Origin: Intrasporangium sp. | Lineage (GTDB): Bacteria > Actinomycetota > Actinomycetes > Actinomycetales > Dermatophilaceae | Direction: 5' to 3' | NCBI RefSeq assembly: GCF_030452765.1 | Contig: NZ_JAKDLO010000001.1 | Span: 25,273-89,272, forward strand | DNA: 64,000 nucleotides | Shown here: in pieces, positions 56,152-64,000 of the stretch | Position numbering within the stretch: position 1 is the stretch's first letter | How the letters are laid out: every line of letters begins with the position of its first letter | Notes under the pieces: model-generated | Told to the model about the DNA's origin: nothing | Databases searched by the model: none | What the model saw: only the letters and a program-made list of their open reading frames with translations | Program-made: the position numbers and the translations under genes

Positions 56152-57002
56152 GGCGACGACGGGCGCTCGGGTGGGCGGCCCCACTGGTCGAGGCGGCGCA
56201 GCAGGGGCTGCCGGTCGATGACCGCGGAGAAGCTGACCCGCTCGGAGGCGAGTGTGAGGCCGGTGAGGACAGCGAGGGCGAGCGAGCGAGCGAGGAGCCC
56301 ACTCCGCTCGACGAGCGCCAGGCCGAGCAGGGCGCCGGCCGCGTTGGCGCCCGTGTCGCCGAGCATCGAACGTCCGGCGAGGTCGTCGGCGATGACGCCG
56401 AGCGTGGCGCCGAGCGCGGCGGCTGCCGGCGCGCCACCGGGCGAGAGGGGCATGCCGAGCACGATGACGGACTTGAGGGCCCGCCCGGGACGCAGGTCGA
56501 GCAGGTTGACGAGGTTGGCGGTCCCGGCGATGACCCCGCCACCGACGAGGACGCCGGCGAGGCGCCCCGGCCCGGCACCCGCGCGGGCACCTGGCCGGGG
56601 GAGGTCGACCGCCGCGGTGGCCGCGATCCCGCTCGCGGCCAGCCCGATCAGCTTGACCGCTCCGGTGGTCAGCTCTCCGCGGCCGAGCGCCGTGAGGTGG
56701 CCACGCAGACCCTTGCTCGTCGCCGACCCGGCGAGATCGTCGAGCATGCCGAGGCCGGCTGCCGTCACGACGAGCGCCGCCGCCGTGGTCCGCCCGCCGG
56801 TGCCCGGTAGGACCAGCCCGCCGACGGCGCCGAGGAGCCAGACCGGGCCCTCGAGGAGGGTGACGGGATCACCGGCGTGGTTGGTCCGTGCCCATGGGCG
56901 GCGCGTGTGCTCCGGCAGCCACGGGCAGAGCCTCATCCCTGCTGCGGACAGGGCCGCAGCGAGGGCGAGCCGGGCCGCGCCGTCGGCGGCCGTCACCGGC
57001 AC
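56148..57002 (-). CDS. MraY/WecA-like polyprenyl-phosphate sugar-phosphate transferase-family membrane protein
   Basis: LGMLDDLAG (DD motif), NLVNLLDLRPG, MLGDTGANAAG resemble PNPT family motifs. Confidence 0.65.
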   Translation of the reverse strand: MPVTAADGAARLALAAALSAAGMRLCPWLPEHTRRPWARTNHAGDPVTLLEGPVWLLGAVGGLVLPGTGGRTTAAALVVTAAGLGMLDDLAGSATSKGLRGHLTALGRGELTTGAVKLIGLAASGIAATAAVDLPRPGARAGAGPGRLAGVLVGGGVIAGTANLVNLLDLRPGRALKSVIVLGMPLSPGGAPAAAALGATLGVIADDLAGRSMLGDTGANAAGALLGLALVERSGLLARSLALAVLTGLTLASERVSFSAVIDRQPLLRRLDQWGRPPERPSSP

Positions 57003-57015
57003 ATCCTGGGGGCCG

Positions 57016-57960
57016 TCACGGGCTCACCTTGGGCAGGATCGCGTCCGCGCCGGGGGCCGTGCCGTAGTGCCCCACCTGATCGGCGAGCTGCGCCTCGATG
57101 GCGAGGACCGTCACTGCCGGCCCCCGGGCGACTCCGGCATGGTCGACCGTGGAGACCGCTGCGCTGGCTCGACGGTCGGACCGCACGGCGCTCACCGCAT
57201 CGGTGCTCACCGCCTTGCCCGCCGCCTGGACCGGGGCCCCACCGACGACCACGGTGGCCTGCGACCCACTCTCGAGCCGCAGGGCGAGCGCCCGGACCCG
57301 CTCGGACCAGGCGTCGACCTCGGACTGGCTGCCGGAGTGGTCGCCGGAGACGACCACGGCCAGGTCGGCGGGCGTGAGCTGGGGGTCGCTGCTGTCCAGC
57401 AGGCCGGCGTCGGACAGCTCGGCCATGGCCTTGTCCCGGTCTGCGTTGGTGCCGAGCGGCAGCTCGCTGACGGTGAGTCGGCCGAGGACCTCCGTGAGCA
57501 GCTGGTCTCCCGTCTTCGTGGGCCGCAGGTCGAGCGCGGCTGCGGCGGCGGCTGCGGCCTTGGCGCGTTCGGACGCCTTGGCCGGGTCGAACCAGTCCGC
57601 GGAGAGGGTCACGGTGCCGTGCACCTTCGCGCCGGACTGGGCCAGCGCGCGGCTGGTGGAGTCGACGAGCTTGCTTTCCACCGAGGGCAGCACGACGAGG
57701 ATGACGCCGTGTCCGCTGAGGCGTCCGGCGACGAGGCTCGGCGTGATGGCTGTCTCGAACTCGGCTGCGGCAGCGAGCTGTTTCTGGGTGTCCGTGAGCT
57801 TGGTGTTGAGATCCTGCTTCTCGTTGCGCAGGGCGGTGACCTGGTCGCCGAGGGTGCTGCCGAGGTTCGACTGGAGCGGGCCGGCACCGAGGACGATGCC
57901 GACGGCGAGCGCGAGGAAGATCGAGATGATCGAGACGAGGTGGTAGCGGAAGTCGATCAC
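57016..57960 (-). CDS. steB: SteB/MctB (DUF3186) family protein
   Basis: VIDFRYHLVSIISIFLALAVGIVLGAGPL followed by a coiled coil; ends STVD..G.....VLA; GTGA overlap with steA. Confidence 0.9.
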   Translation of the reverse strand: MIDFRYHLVSIISIFLALAVGIVLGAGPLQSNLGSTLGDQVTALRNEKQDLNTKLTDTQKQLAAAAEFETAITPSLVAGRLSGHGVILVVLPSVESKLVDSTSRALAQSGAKVHGTVTLSADWFDPAKASERAKAAAAAAAALDLRPTKTGDQLLTEVLGRLTVSELPLGTNADRDKAMAELSDAGLLDSSDPQLTPADLAVVVSGDHSGSQSEVDAWSERVRALALRLESGSQATVVVGGAPVQAAGKAVSTDAVSAVRSDRRASAAVSTVDHAGVARGPAVTVLAIEAQLADQVGHYGTAPGADAILPKVSP

Positions 57961-59138
57961 GTGAATATCCCGACGATGGCGGACCAGAGGTCGTCCCAGC
58001 GGGCGGCGAGGACCTGGAGCCACGCCTGACCGGTGGGCGTCGAGGCGATGGCCGCAAAGAGCGCCAGGAGCCCGACCGCGACGAGGGCGACGAGCATGGT
58101 GGCCGAGATGCGCGCCCGGTAGAGCCGGCTGACTCCCTTGGCATCGACGAGCTTGCCGCCCACGCGCAGCCGGGTCAGGAAGGTGCTCGCCTGGCCGTCC
58201 CGGCCCTTGTCGAGGAACTCGTCGAGGGTGATATGGGTGCCGACGGCAACGATGAGCTCGGCTCCGCAGTCATCGGCCAGCAGCATGGCGACATCCTCGC
58301 TCGTGCCGGCCGCAGGGAAGACGACAGCATCGAGGTGGAGCTGCTCCACCCGCGTGAGGCCGGGGGCCCGCCCGTCGCGGTAGGCGTGGACGACCAGCTC
58401 GGCACCCGACCGGAGGGCACCGTCCGAGACGGAGTCCATGTCGCCGACGATGAGGTCGGGCCGGTGGCCGGCCTCGATGATGGCGTCGGCACCCCCGTCG
58501 ACCCCGATCAGGACCGGACGGAACTCCCGGATGTAGGGACGCAGCGTCTCGAGGTCCTCCTTGTAGTGGTAGCCGCGCACCACGATCAAGCAGTGGCGTC
58601 CGTCGATGCGCGTGATGATCGGTGGGACGCCGACGCCGTCGAGGAGCAGGTCGCGCTCCCGGCGGACGTACTGCATCGTGTTCGTCGCAAAGGCCTCGAT
58701 CTGGACGGCGAGACCGGCGCGGGCCTCCTGCATCTTTGCCCGGACCGACTCCTCCCCGAGCACCTGACCGCTCGCGACCCGCCGCTCGCCCTGCCAGAGG
58801 TCGTCGCCGTCGAGCCGGACCGGCTGCCCGTCCTTGAGCGTCATGACCTTCGGGCCCGCCTCGTCGAGGACGGGGATCCCGGCCGAGACCAGAATCTCGG
58901 GGCCCACGTTCGGGTAGCGACCGGAGATGGACGCTGCGGCGTTGACCACGGCGGCGGGCCGCGCGGCGACGAGGGACTCCGCGCTGACGCGGTCGAGGTC
59001 GCGGTGGTCGATGACGGCGACGTCACCAGGCTTCAGACGCTTCGTGAGGTTCTTGGTCCGCCGGTCGACGCGCGCCGGCCCGCAGATGCCGGGGTCGGCG
59101 CCAGATGCGTGGCGGCGTCGACGGATGGAGATGGCCAT
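57957..59138 (-). CDS. steA: Putative cytokinetic ring protein SteA
   Basis: ARVDRRTKNLTKRL, SISGRYPNVGP, VVRGYHYKEDL, IGVDGGADA, IVGDMDS, TSEDVAMLLA, STFLTRL. Confidence 0.92.
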   Translation of the reverse strand: MAISIRRRRHASGADPGICGPARVDRRTKNLTKRLKPGDVAVIDHRDLDRVSAESLVAARPAAVVNAAASISGRYPNVGPEILVSAGIPVLDEAGPKVMTLKDGQPVRLDGDDLWQGERRVASGQVLGEESVRAKMQEARAGLAVQIEAFATNTMQYVRRERDLLLDGVGVPPIITRIDGRHCLIVVRGYHYKEDLETLRPYIREFRPVLIGVDGGADAIIEAGHRPDLIVGDMDSVSDGALRSGAELVVHAYRDGRAPGLTRVEQLHLDAVVFPAAGTSEDVAMLLADDCGAELIVAVGTHITLDEFLDKGRDGQASTFLTRLRVGGKLVDAKGVSRLYRARISATMLVALVAVGLLALFAAIASTPTGQAWLQVLAARWDDLWSAIVGIFT

Positions 59139-59197
59139 GGTGCTCCCATCGTGCCATGCGAGGCCGTCACGGCTGCACCCGCTCGGGGCCCCTCGCG

Positions 59198-60988
59198 TCA
59201 CCCGACGCGACGCGCCTCTCCGGTGACCGGGCGCATCGTCGTCGTCTGTGCGAGCAGGTCCCGTGCGTGGGCGAGGCCGGCGTCCGAGTCGGGATCGCCA
59301 CCCATCATCCGGGACAGCTCGGCGAGCCGCTGCTCGTCCGCGACGGCGACCACGCTGCTCGAGGTGATGGTGCCGTCGTCCGCCTTGCGCACGACCAGGT
59401 GTCGGTCGGCGAACGCCGCGACCTGGGCCAGGTGGGTCACGACGATGACCTGGGCCTGATCGGCAAGCCGCGCGAGTCTGGCCCCGACGTCGAGCGCCGC
59501 CCGTCCACCCACACCCGCGTCGACCTCGTCGAAGACGAACGTCGGGCGGCTTCCGGTGCCCGCGCCGACGAGCTCGATCGCGAGCATGACCCGGGAGAGC
59601 TCGCCACCGGAGGCGACCTTGGTGATGCTGCGCGGGGGTGCCCCCGGGTGGGCGGCCAGCAGGATGTCGACCTCGTCGATGCCGTGCCGGGTCAGGCGGA
59701 CGCGCTCGCCGGAGCGCAGCTCACCGTCGGTACCGGCACGGGCGCCGACCTCGACGACGACCTCGGCGCGTCCCATTGCCAGATGGCGCAGCTCGTCACC
59801 GACGCGGTCGGCGAACTCGACGGCCGCCTGGTGGCGCCGGTGCGAGAGCAGGGACGACGCGTCGATCAGCTCGGCCCGCAGGGTGTGCGCCTGCTCGGCC
59901 AGGTGGGCGACCCGGTCGTCGGCCGTCATGAGCTCGTCGAGACGGGCCGCGGCCTCGCAGGTCCAGCCCAGGACCTGCTCGACCGACTCGCCGTACTTCC
60001 GGGTCAGGGTCGTCAGGGCAGCCCGGCGCTGCTGGACCGCTTCGAGACGTTCGGGATCGAGCTCGATGTCCGACAGGTAGCCCGTCAGGTCGGCGACGAG
60101 TTCGCTGGTGAGGGCGGCGAGCTCGACGAGACGGTCGTCGAGGGATCCGAGCCGTGCGTCGTGGTGCAGCGCCGGGCCGAGGCCGGAGCGAGCCGCCGCG
60201 ATGAGGTCGGCGACGTTGGGAGCGGGCTGAGCGACATACTCGTCGCTCGTGAGCCGGCAAAGGGCATGGCCCACCGCCGTGCGGAGGGTGTCGGCGTGGC
60301 TGAGGCGTTCGTCCTCGGCGCGCAACGCGACGTCCTCCCCGGGCTGTGGGTCGAGCGCCTCGACCTCCTCGAGCGCCGCGGTGAGCGCGTCGATCTGACG
60401 GGCTCGCTCCATCGCGAGCGAGACGAGACGGTCCCGGTCCGACGTGGCCTCCCGCCACTGGTCGTAGAGGGTCGCGACGCGGTCGCGCAGGGCGAGCACG
60501 GGCCCGCCACCGAAGACGTCCAGGACCTCGCGATGTGCCTCGCCTCGCGTGAGGCGCCATTGATCGGCCTGACCGTGGAGCGCGACGAGATGCTCTCCCA
60601 GCTCGGCGAGGACCCCGACCGGGGTTGTCCGGCCACCGACATGTGCTCTGGATCGACCGGTCGCGGTGATGGTCCGGGCGATGACGAGCTCACCGTCGTC
60701 GTGCTCCGCCCCCGCCTGCGCTGCGCGGACCAGGGCCGGGTGGCCCTCGGGCAGCTCGACGACGCCCTCGACGAAGGCATTCGTCCTGCCGCTACGAACG
60801 AGTCCGGAGTCGGCCCGCTGGCCGAGGAGCAGTCCGAGGCCGGAGACGACCATCGTCTTGCCCGCGCCCGTCTCGCCGGTCACGACGTTCAGTCCTGGGC
60901 AGAGGTCGAGCACGGCCTCGTCGATGACGCCGATCCCACGGAGTCTTATCTGTCTGAACACGGTCGCCCTGTGACCCGCGACCGTCAT
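59198..60988 (-). CDS. recN: DNA repair protein RecN
   Basis: TGETGAGKT, LHGQADQ, ASGGELSRVMLA, FDEVDAGVGG, VTHLAQVAAFAD; start is ATG 60988 or GTG 60961. Confidence 0.96.
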   Translation of the reverse strand: MTVAGHRATVFRQIRLRGIGVIDEAVLDLCPGLNVVTGETGAGKTMVVSGLGLLLGQRADSGLVRSGRTNAFVEGVVELPEGHPALVRAAQAGAEHDDGELVIARTITATGRSRAHVGGRTTPVGVLAELGEHLVALHGQADQWRLTRGEAHREVLDVFGGGPVLALRDRVATLYDQWREATSDRDRLVSLAMERARQIDALTAALEEVEALDPQPGEDVALRAEDERLSHADTLRTAVGHALCRLTSDEYVAQPAPNVADLIAAARSGLGPALHHDARLGSLDDRLVELAALTSELVADLTGYLSDIELDPERLEAVQQRRAALTTLTRKYGESVEQVLGWTCEAAARLDELMTADDRVAHLAEQAHTLRAELIDASSLLSHRRHQAAVEFADRVGDELRHLAMGRAEVVVEVGARAGTDGELRSGERVRLTRHGIDEVDILLAAHPGAPPRSITKVASGGELSRVMLAIELVGAGTGSRPTFVFDEVDAGVGGRAALDVGARLARLADQAQVIVVTHLAQVAAFADRHLVVRKADDGTITSSSVVAVADEQRLAELSRMMGGDPDSDAGLAHARDLLAQTTTMRPVTGEARRVG

Positions 60989-61899
60989 GGGCTGCGCCGT
61001 CTCGCAGCACCGTTGCCGCGCCAGCCCTTCACGGCCAGGTCGAACTTCGCGACAAGGCGGTCGGTGAAGGGCGCGTCGTTGAGCCTGGCGAGGCGGACCG
61101 GGCGCCAGCCTTTGCGGACCTCGATCCGGGCCCCGGGTGGCAGCTCGATGTGGCGGCGCCCGTCGCACCACATGATGCCGGAGCCCTCGCTCTGGGACTT
61201 GATCTCGATGGCGACATGGCTGTCCGGTCCCAGTACGAGAGGACGGGCGAAGAGAGCGTGGGCCGAGTTGGGCACGAGCAGGAACGCCTCGACCTGCGGC
61301 CAGACGACGGGGCCGCCTGCCGAGAAGGCATAGGCGGTCGATCCCGTGGGCGTCGACAGGATGACGCCGTCGCAGCCCCAGCTCGACAGCGGCCGGTGGT
61401 CGACCTCGATGACGACCTCGAGCATCCGCTCGCGGGCCGCCTTCTCGACGCTGACCTCGTTCAGCGCCCAGCTGCTGGCGACCAGCTCTCCGTCATGGCG
61501 GACGTCGACATGCAGGGTCATCCGCTCGTCGACCGTGTAGGCGCGTGCGGCGATGTGCTCGACGGTCGCGTCGAGGTTCTCGCGCTCCGCCTCCGCGAGG
61601 AAGCCCACGTGCCCGAGGTTGACCCCGAGCAGCGGCACGTCGAGCCGGCGCGCGAACTCGGCCCCACGCAGGATCGTGCCGTCGCCACCGAGGACGACGA
61701 CGAGCTCACAACCCTCGGGGGCGTAGTGCTCGCTCGGCACGTGGACGTGCGCCGACTCATTCAGGTCGAGAGCGCGCGCCTCGTCAGCCTGCACGAGGAC
61801 CTCGATGTCCAAAGCAGTGAGTCGCTCGACCACGGCCTTGGCCACGACGAGTGCCTCGGGTCGTCGCGGATGGGCGACGAGCAGGATGCGCCGCGTCAC
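60985..61899 (-). CDS. nadK: NAD kinase
   Basis: LGGDGT, GVNLGHVGFL, LNE, DGVILSTPTGSTAYAFSAGGP. Confidence 0.96.
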   Translation of the reverse strand: MTRRILLVAHPRRPEALVVAKAVVERLTALDIEVLVQADEARALDLNESAHVHVPSEHYAPEGCELVVVLGGDGTILRGAEFARRLDVPLLGVNLGHVGFLAEAERENLDATVEHIAARAYTVDERMTLHVDVRHDGELVASSWALNEVSVEKAARERMLEVVIEVDHRPLSSWGCDGVILSTPTGSTAYAFSAGGPVVWPQVEAFLLVPNSAHALFARPLVLGPDSHVAIEIKSQSEGSGIMWCDGRRHIELPPGARIEVRKGWRPVRLARLNDAPFTDRLVAKFDLAVKGWRGNGAARRRSP

Positions 61900-62774
61900 G
61901 AGTCTGCTTTCAGGTCCATGCGCTCCAGCATGTCATCCTCGTCGAGGCCGGCGTCGCCGGCCCGACGGGTCAGCCAGAGCACGAACTCCCGGTTGCCCGC
62001 CGTGCCACGGATCGGGCTGGGTAGCGCCCCGCAGACGACCAGCCCGAGCCCCTTCGCGAGACGGTGGACCTCGAGCAGCACCCGGCTGTGCTCGCGCGGC
62101 GACGTGACGATGCCGTCCCGTCCGAGCCGCTGGCGGCCGACCTCGAACTGCGGCTTGACGAGCACAACGAGGTCGCCGTCCTGCGCCGTCAGCTCACGCA
62201 TGGGCCCCAGGGTGAGTTCGAGGGAGATGAAGCTGAGGTCGGCGACGACAAGGTCGAAGGGCGCGCCCAGGTCGCCCGGCCGCACGTCGCGGATGTTCGT
62301 GCCCGGCAGGTCGGTGACCCGGGGATCGGCCGCGAGCTCGGCGACGAGCTGGCCGTGGCCGACATCGAGAGCAGTCACGCTCGCGGCCCCGGCCGCGAGG
62401 AGGGTCTGGGTGAACCCGCCCGTGCTCGCGCCGACATCGAGGCAGCGTCGGCCACGGGGGTCGAGCAGTCGGCGCGTGGTCCGTGGACGGGCGGTGGTTC
62501 GTGCACGGGCGCGGCTGCCGTCCCCGGGTCCCCACGCCTCGAGGGCGTGCCGCAGCTTCAGAGCGGCCCGACTGACCCAGCGGTCCGGTTCGCGGGTCAG
62601 CTCGATCCGGGTCCCCTCGTGGACGGTGGCAGCAGCCTTGGTCCGGACCTGTCCGTCGACGAGGACGGCGCCGCCGGTGACGAGGTCTCGGGCCTGGCCC
62701 CTGGATCGAGCCAAGCCACGCGCGACGAGCTCGACGTCGAGTCGTCGGGTCAGGTCGTCACGGGGCCGGCTCAC
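61896..62774 (-). CDS. tlyA: TlyA rRNA 2'-O-methyltransferase
   Basis: S4 domain RLDVELVARGLARSR, WVSRAALKL, LDVGASTGGFT, DLSFISL, VKPQFE; carries a basic insertion. Confidence 0.95.
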   Translation of the reverse strand: MSRPRDDLTRRLDVELVARGLARSRGQARDLVTGGAVLVDGQVRTKAAATVHEGTRIELTREPDRWVSRAALKLRHALEAWGPGDGSRARARTTARPRTTRRLLDPRGRRCLDVGASTGGFTQTLLAAGAASVTALDVGHGQLVAELAADPRVTDLPGTNIRDVRPGDLGAPFDLVVADLSFISLELTLGPMRELTAQDGDLVVLVKPQFEVGRQRLGRDGIVTSPREHSRVLLEVHRLAKGLGLVVCGALPSPIRGTAGNREFVLWLTRRAGDAGLDEDDMLERMDLKADS

Positions 62775-62791
62775 GTCGTCGGAGGCCGCGG

Positions 62792-62831
62792 CTCACACGC
62801 CGCCAAGGCCCACTCACGCGCCGCCAAGGCC
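62792..62831. repeat. 21-bp-period duplication of the upstream gene's 3' end
   Basis: CTCACACGCCGCCAAGGCC (62792-62810) vs CTCACGCGCCGCCAAGGCC (62813-62831). Confidence 0.75.
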
Positions 62832-62987
62832 GCCGAGCCGGCCCCGGAGGGTGCCATGCACCGCCTCGCCGATCTCGATATGACGATCAAGCGCCTCGTC
62901 CTCGATGCCCGCCAACCGGGTCAGGGCCATGTCGACCTCTGGGTCGCCGGTCACCGGCGCGGGTTCGGTGCTCTCGTCGTCACTCAT
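62814..62987 (-). CDS. Small acidic hypothetical protein in the conserved position before tlyA
   Basis: MSDDES..TGDPEVDMALTRL..HIEIGEAVHGTLRGRL (57 aa); ATG overlaps the upstream gene end. Confidence 0.75.
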   Translation of the reverse strand: MSDDESTEPAPVTGDPEVDMALTRLAGIEDEALDRHIEIGEAVHGTLRGRLGGLGGA

Positions 62988-64000
62988 CGGTGCTGTCTCC
63001 TGAATCGTCGTCCCCGTCGATGTCCTCGTCGGCGTCTTCTGGCTCGCCTTCGAGCAGGTCGAGGACCGAGATCCCGTCGAGATCGTCAAGCCGCTCGGCC
63101 GCGTCGGTGGTCAGCTCATGGTCGGCGTCGGCAGCTCTGGCGAACCACTCACGGGCAGCGTGCTTATCGCCGCTCGCGAGCAGGGCGTCCGCGTAGGCAT
63201 AGTAGAGCCGTGGCGCCGAGCCCCGGTGTGGGCTGATCCGAGGGGCCAGGTCGGACAGGTTGGCCGCGGCGGCGTCCAGCTGCCCGATGTCCCTCCGGAT
63301 ACCAGAGACGACGATCGCCAGTTCGACTCGTTCGTCGAAGCTGAGACCCTGGGTCTCTTCGCTCTGCGCGATCTCGAGTGCCTTGTGGGGTCGTCCGAGA
63401 CCGCGCTCACAGTCGACCATGAGTGGGAGCAGGTGACTCGAGCCGGACAGGCGGCGTACCGTCCGGAACTCGGACAACGCGCGTGCCCAGTCTCCCAGCC
63501 GGTAGGCCACCAGGCCGAGCGCCTCGCGCGCGGCGGGCACCCGCCCAGCACGGCGCACGGCCGTCTCGGCGTGGGCGAGCGCTGCCTCCGGATCGGTATC
63601 GAGCAGCTCCGCGACCATGACGAGGTGCTGGGCGACCCCCTCGGCGTTCTCCTTGGACAGGGTGCGCAGCTGGTTCTTCACTCCGCGGTCCACCTCACGG
63701 CCCGTCACGCCCTCGCGAATGGCCGGCTCCGGTTTGCGAGGCGACTTCGGCGACAGGCGGGTGGCCCCACGCGAGACGCGCTCACGCTCGACTGCGGCGG
63801 CGCGGCGGTGGTCGTCGTCCCCGGCTTCTCGCCCGCGCCGGTCGTCCCGATCGCGTCGGCCCTGACCACCCTTCCGAGCCTGGGCCGCGCCGCGCCTGTG
63901 GTCTCCGCCCCGGGCATCCTCCCGATCCCGGCCGCCGCGGCCGGCTCGCTGGTCCTTGCCATCGCGATCCGGGTGGTCGTCCCTGCGGTGGCCCTGCCCC
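62980..64000 (-). CDS. TPR-containing protein with Arg/Asp/Gly-rich disordered N-terminus (5'-truncated by the window end)
   Basis: Frame stays open from 64000 (GQGHRRDDHPDRDGKDQR...) into LRTLSKENAEGVAQHLVM..ALSEFRTVRRLSGS..DCERGLGRP..YAYADALL. Confidence 0.88.
   Translation of the reverse strand, partial: GQGHRRDDHPDRDGKDQRAGRGGRDREDARGGDHRRGAAQARKGGQGRRDRDDRRGREAGDDDHRRAAAVERERVSRGATRLSPKSPRKPEPAIREGVTGREVDRGVKNQLRTLSKENAEGVAQHLVMVAELLDTDPEAALAHAETAVRRAGRVPAAREALGLVAYRLGDWARALSEFRTVRRLSGSSHLLPLMVDCERGLGRPHKALEIAQSEETQGLSFDERVELAIVVSGIRRDIGQLDAAAANLSDLAPRISPHRGSAPRLYYAYADALLASGDKHAAREWFARAADADHELTTDAAERLDDLDGISVLDLLEGEPEDADEDIDGDDDSGDSTDE

Overview
High-GC (about 72% by eye) actinobacterial chromosome segment, probably Micrococcales/Intrasporangiaceae-like (inferred from gene content). 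Almost all genes are on the minus strand and are conserved housekeeping loci. In transcription order: TPR protein-tlyA-nadK-recN-steA-steB-(PNPT-like, MurJ-like, GT4)-pyrG-nudF; an accessory beta-propeller/FtsX/2xATPase ABC cassette; aspS; mmpL (+); rarA; a bldK-like oligopeptide ABC operon; alaS-ruvX-mltG-aroE-prepilin peptidase-aroCKBQ; a vapBC-type TA pair (+); efp-nusB; FNR-like reductase-PduO; VOC (+); flavodoxin; pyrRBC-carAB-pyrF; mihF-gmk-rpoZ-coaBC-metK-priA; and def-fmt. No rRNA, tRNA, CRISPR array, integrase or transposase was seen. The most unusual signal is not a gene. The non-palindromic octamer GTATGCCG/CGGCATAC occurs at least 30 times (manual count; about 2 expected from base composition), on both strands and in five codon frames, sometimes using rare codons. 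It has an extended consensus and forms inverted-pair hairpins, one of which spans an apparent in-frame insertion in coaBC. This resembles an uptake-sequence-, HIP1- or REP-like repeat system. Also notable are a roughly 290-bp palindrome made of two inverted 21-bp tandem arrays upstream of the pyr operon, MIRU-like in-frame repeats at the gmk start, a 17-bp bidirectional leaderless promoter, and a possible cobalamin reduction/adenosylation module. Start codons were adjusted by eye and product calls come from recognised motifs, not from database searches.
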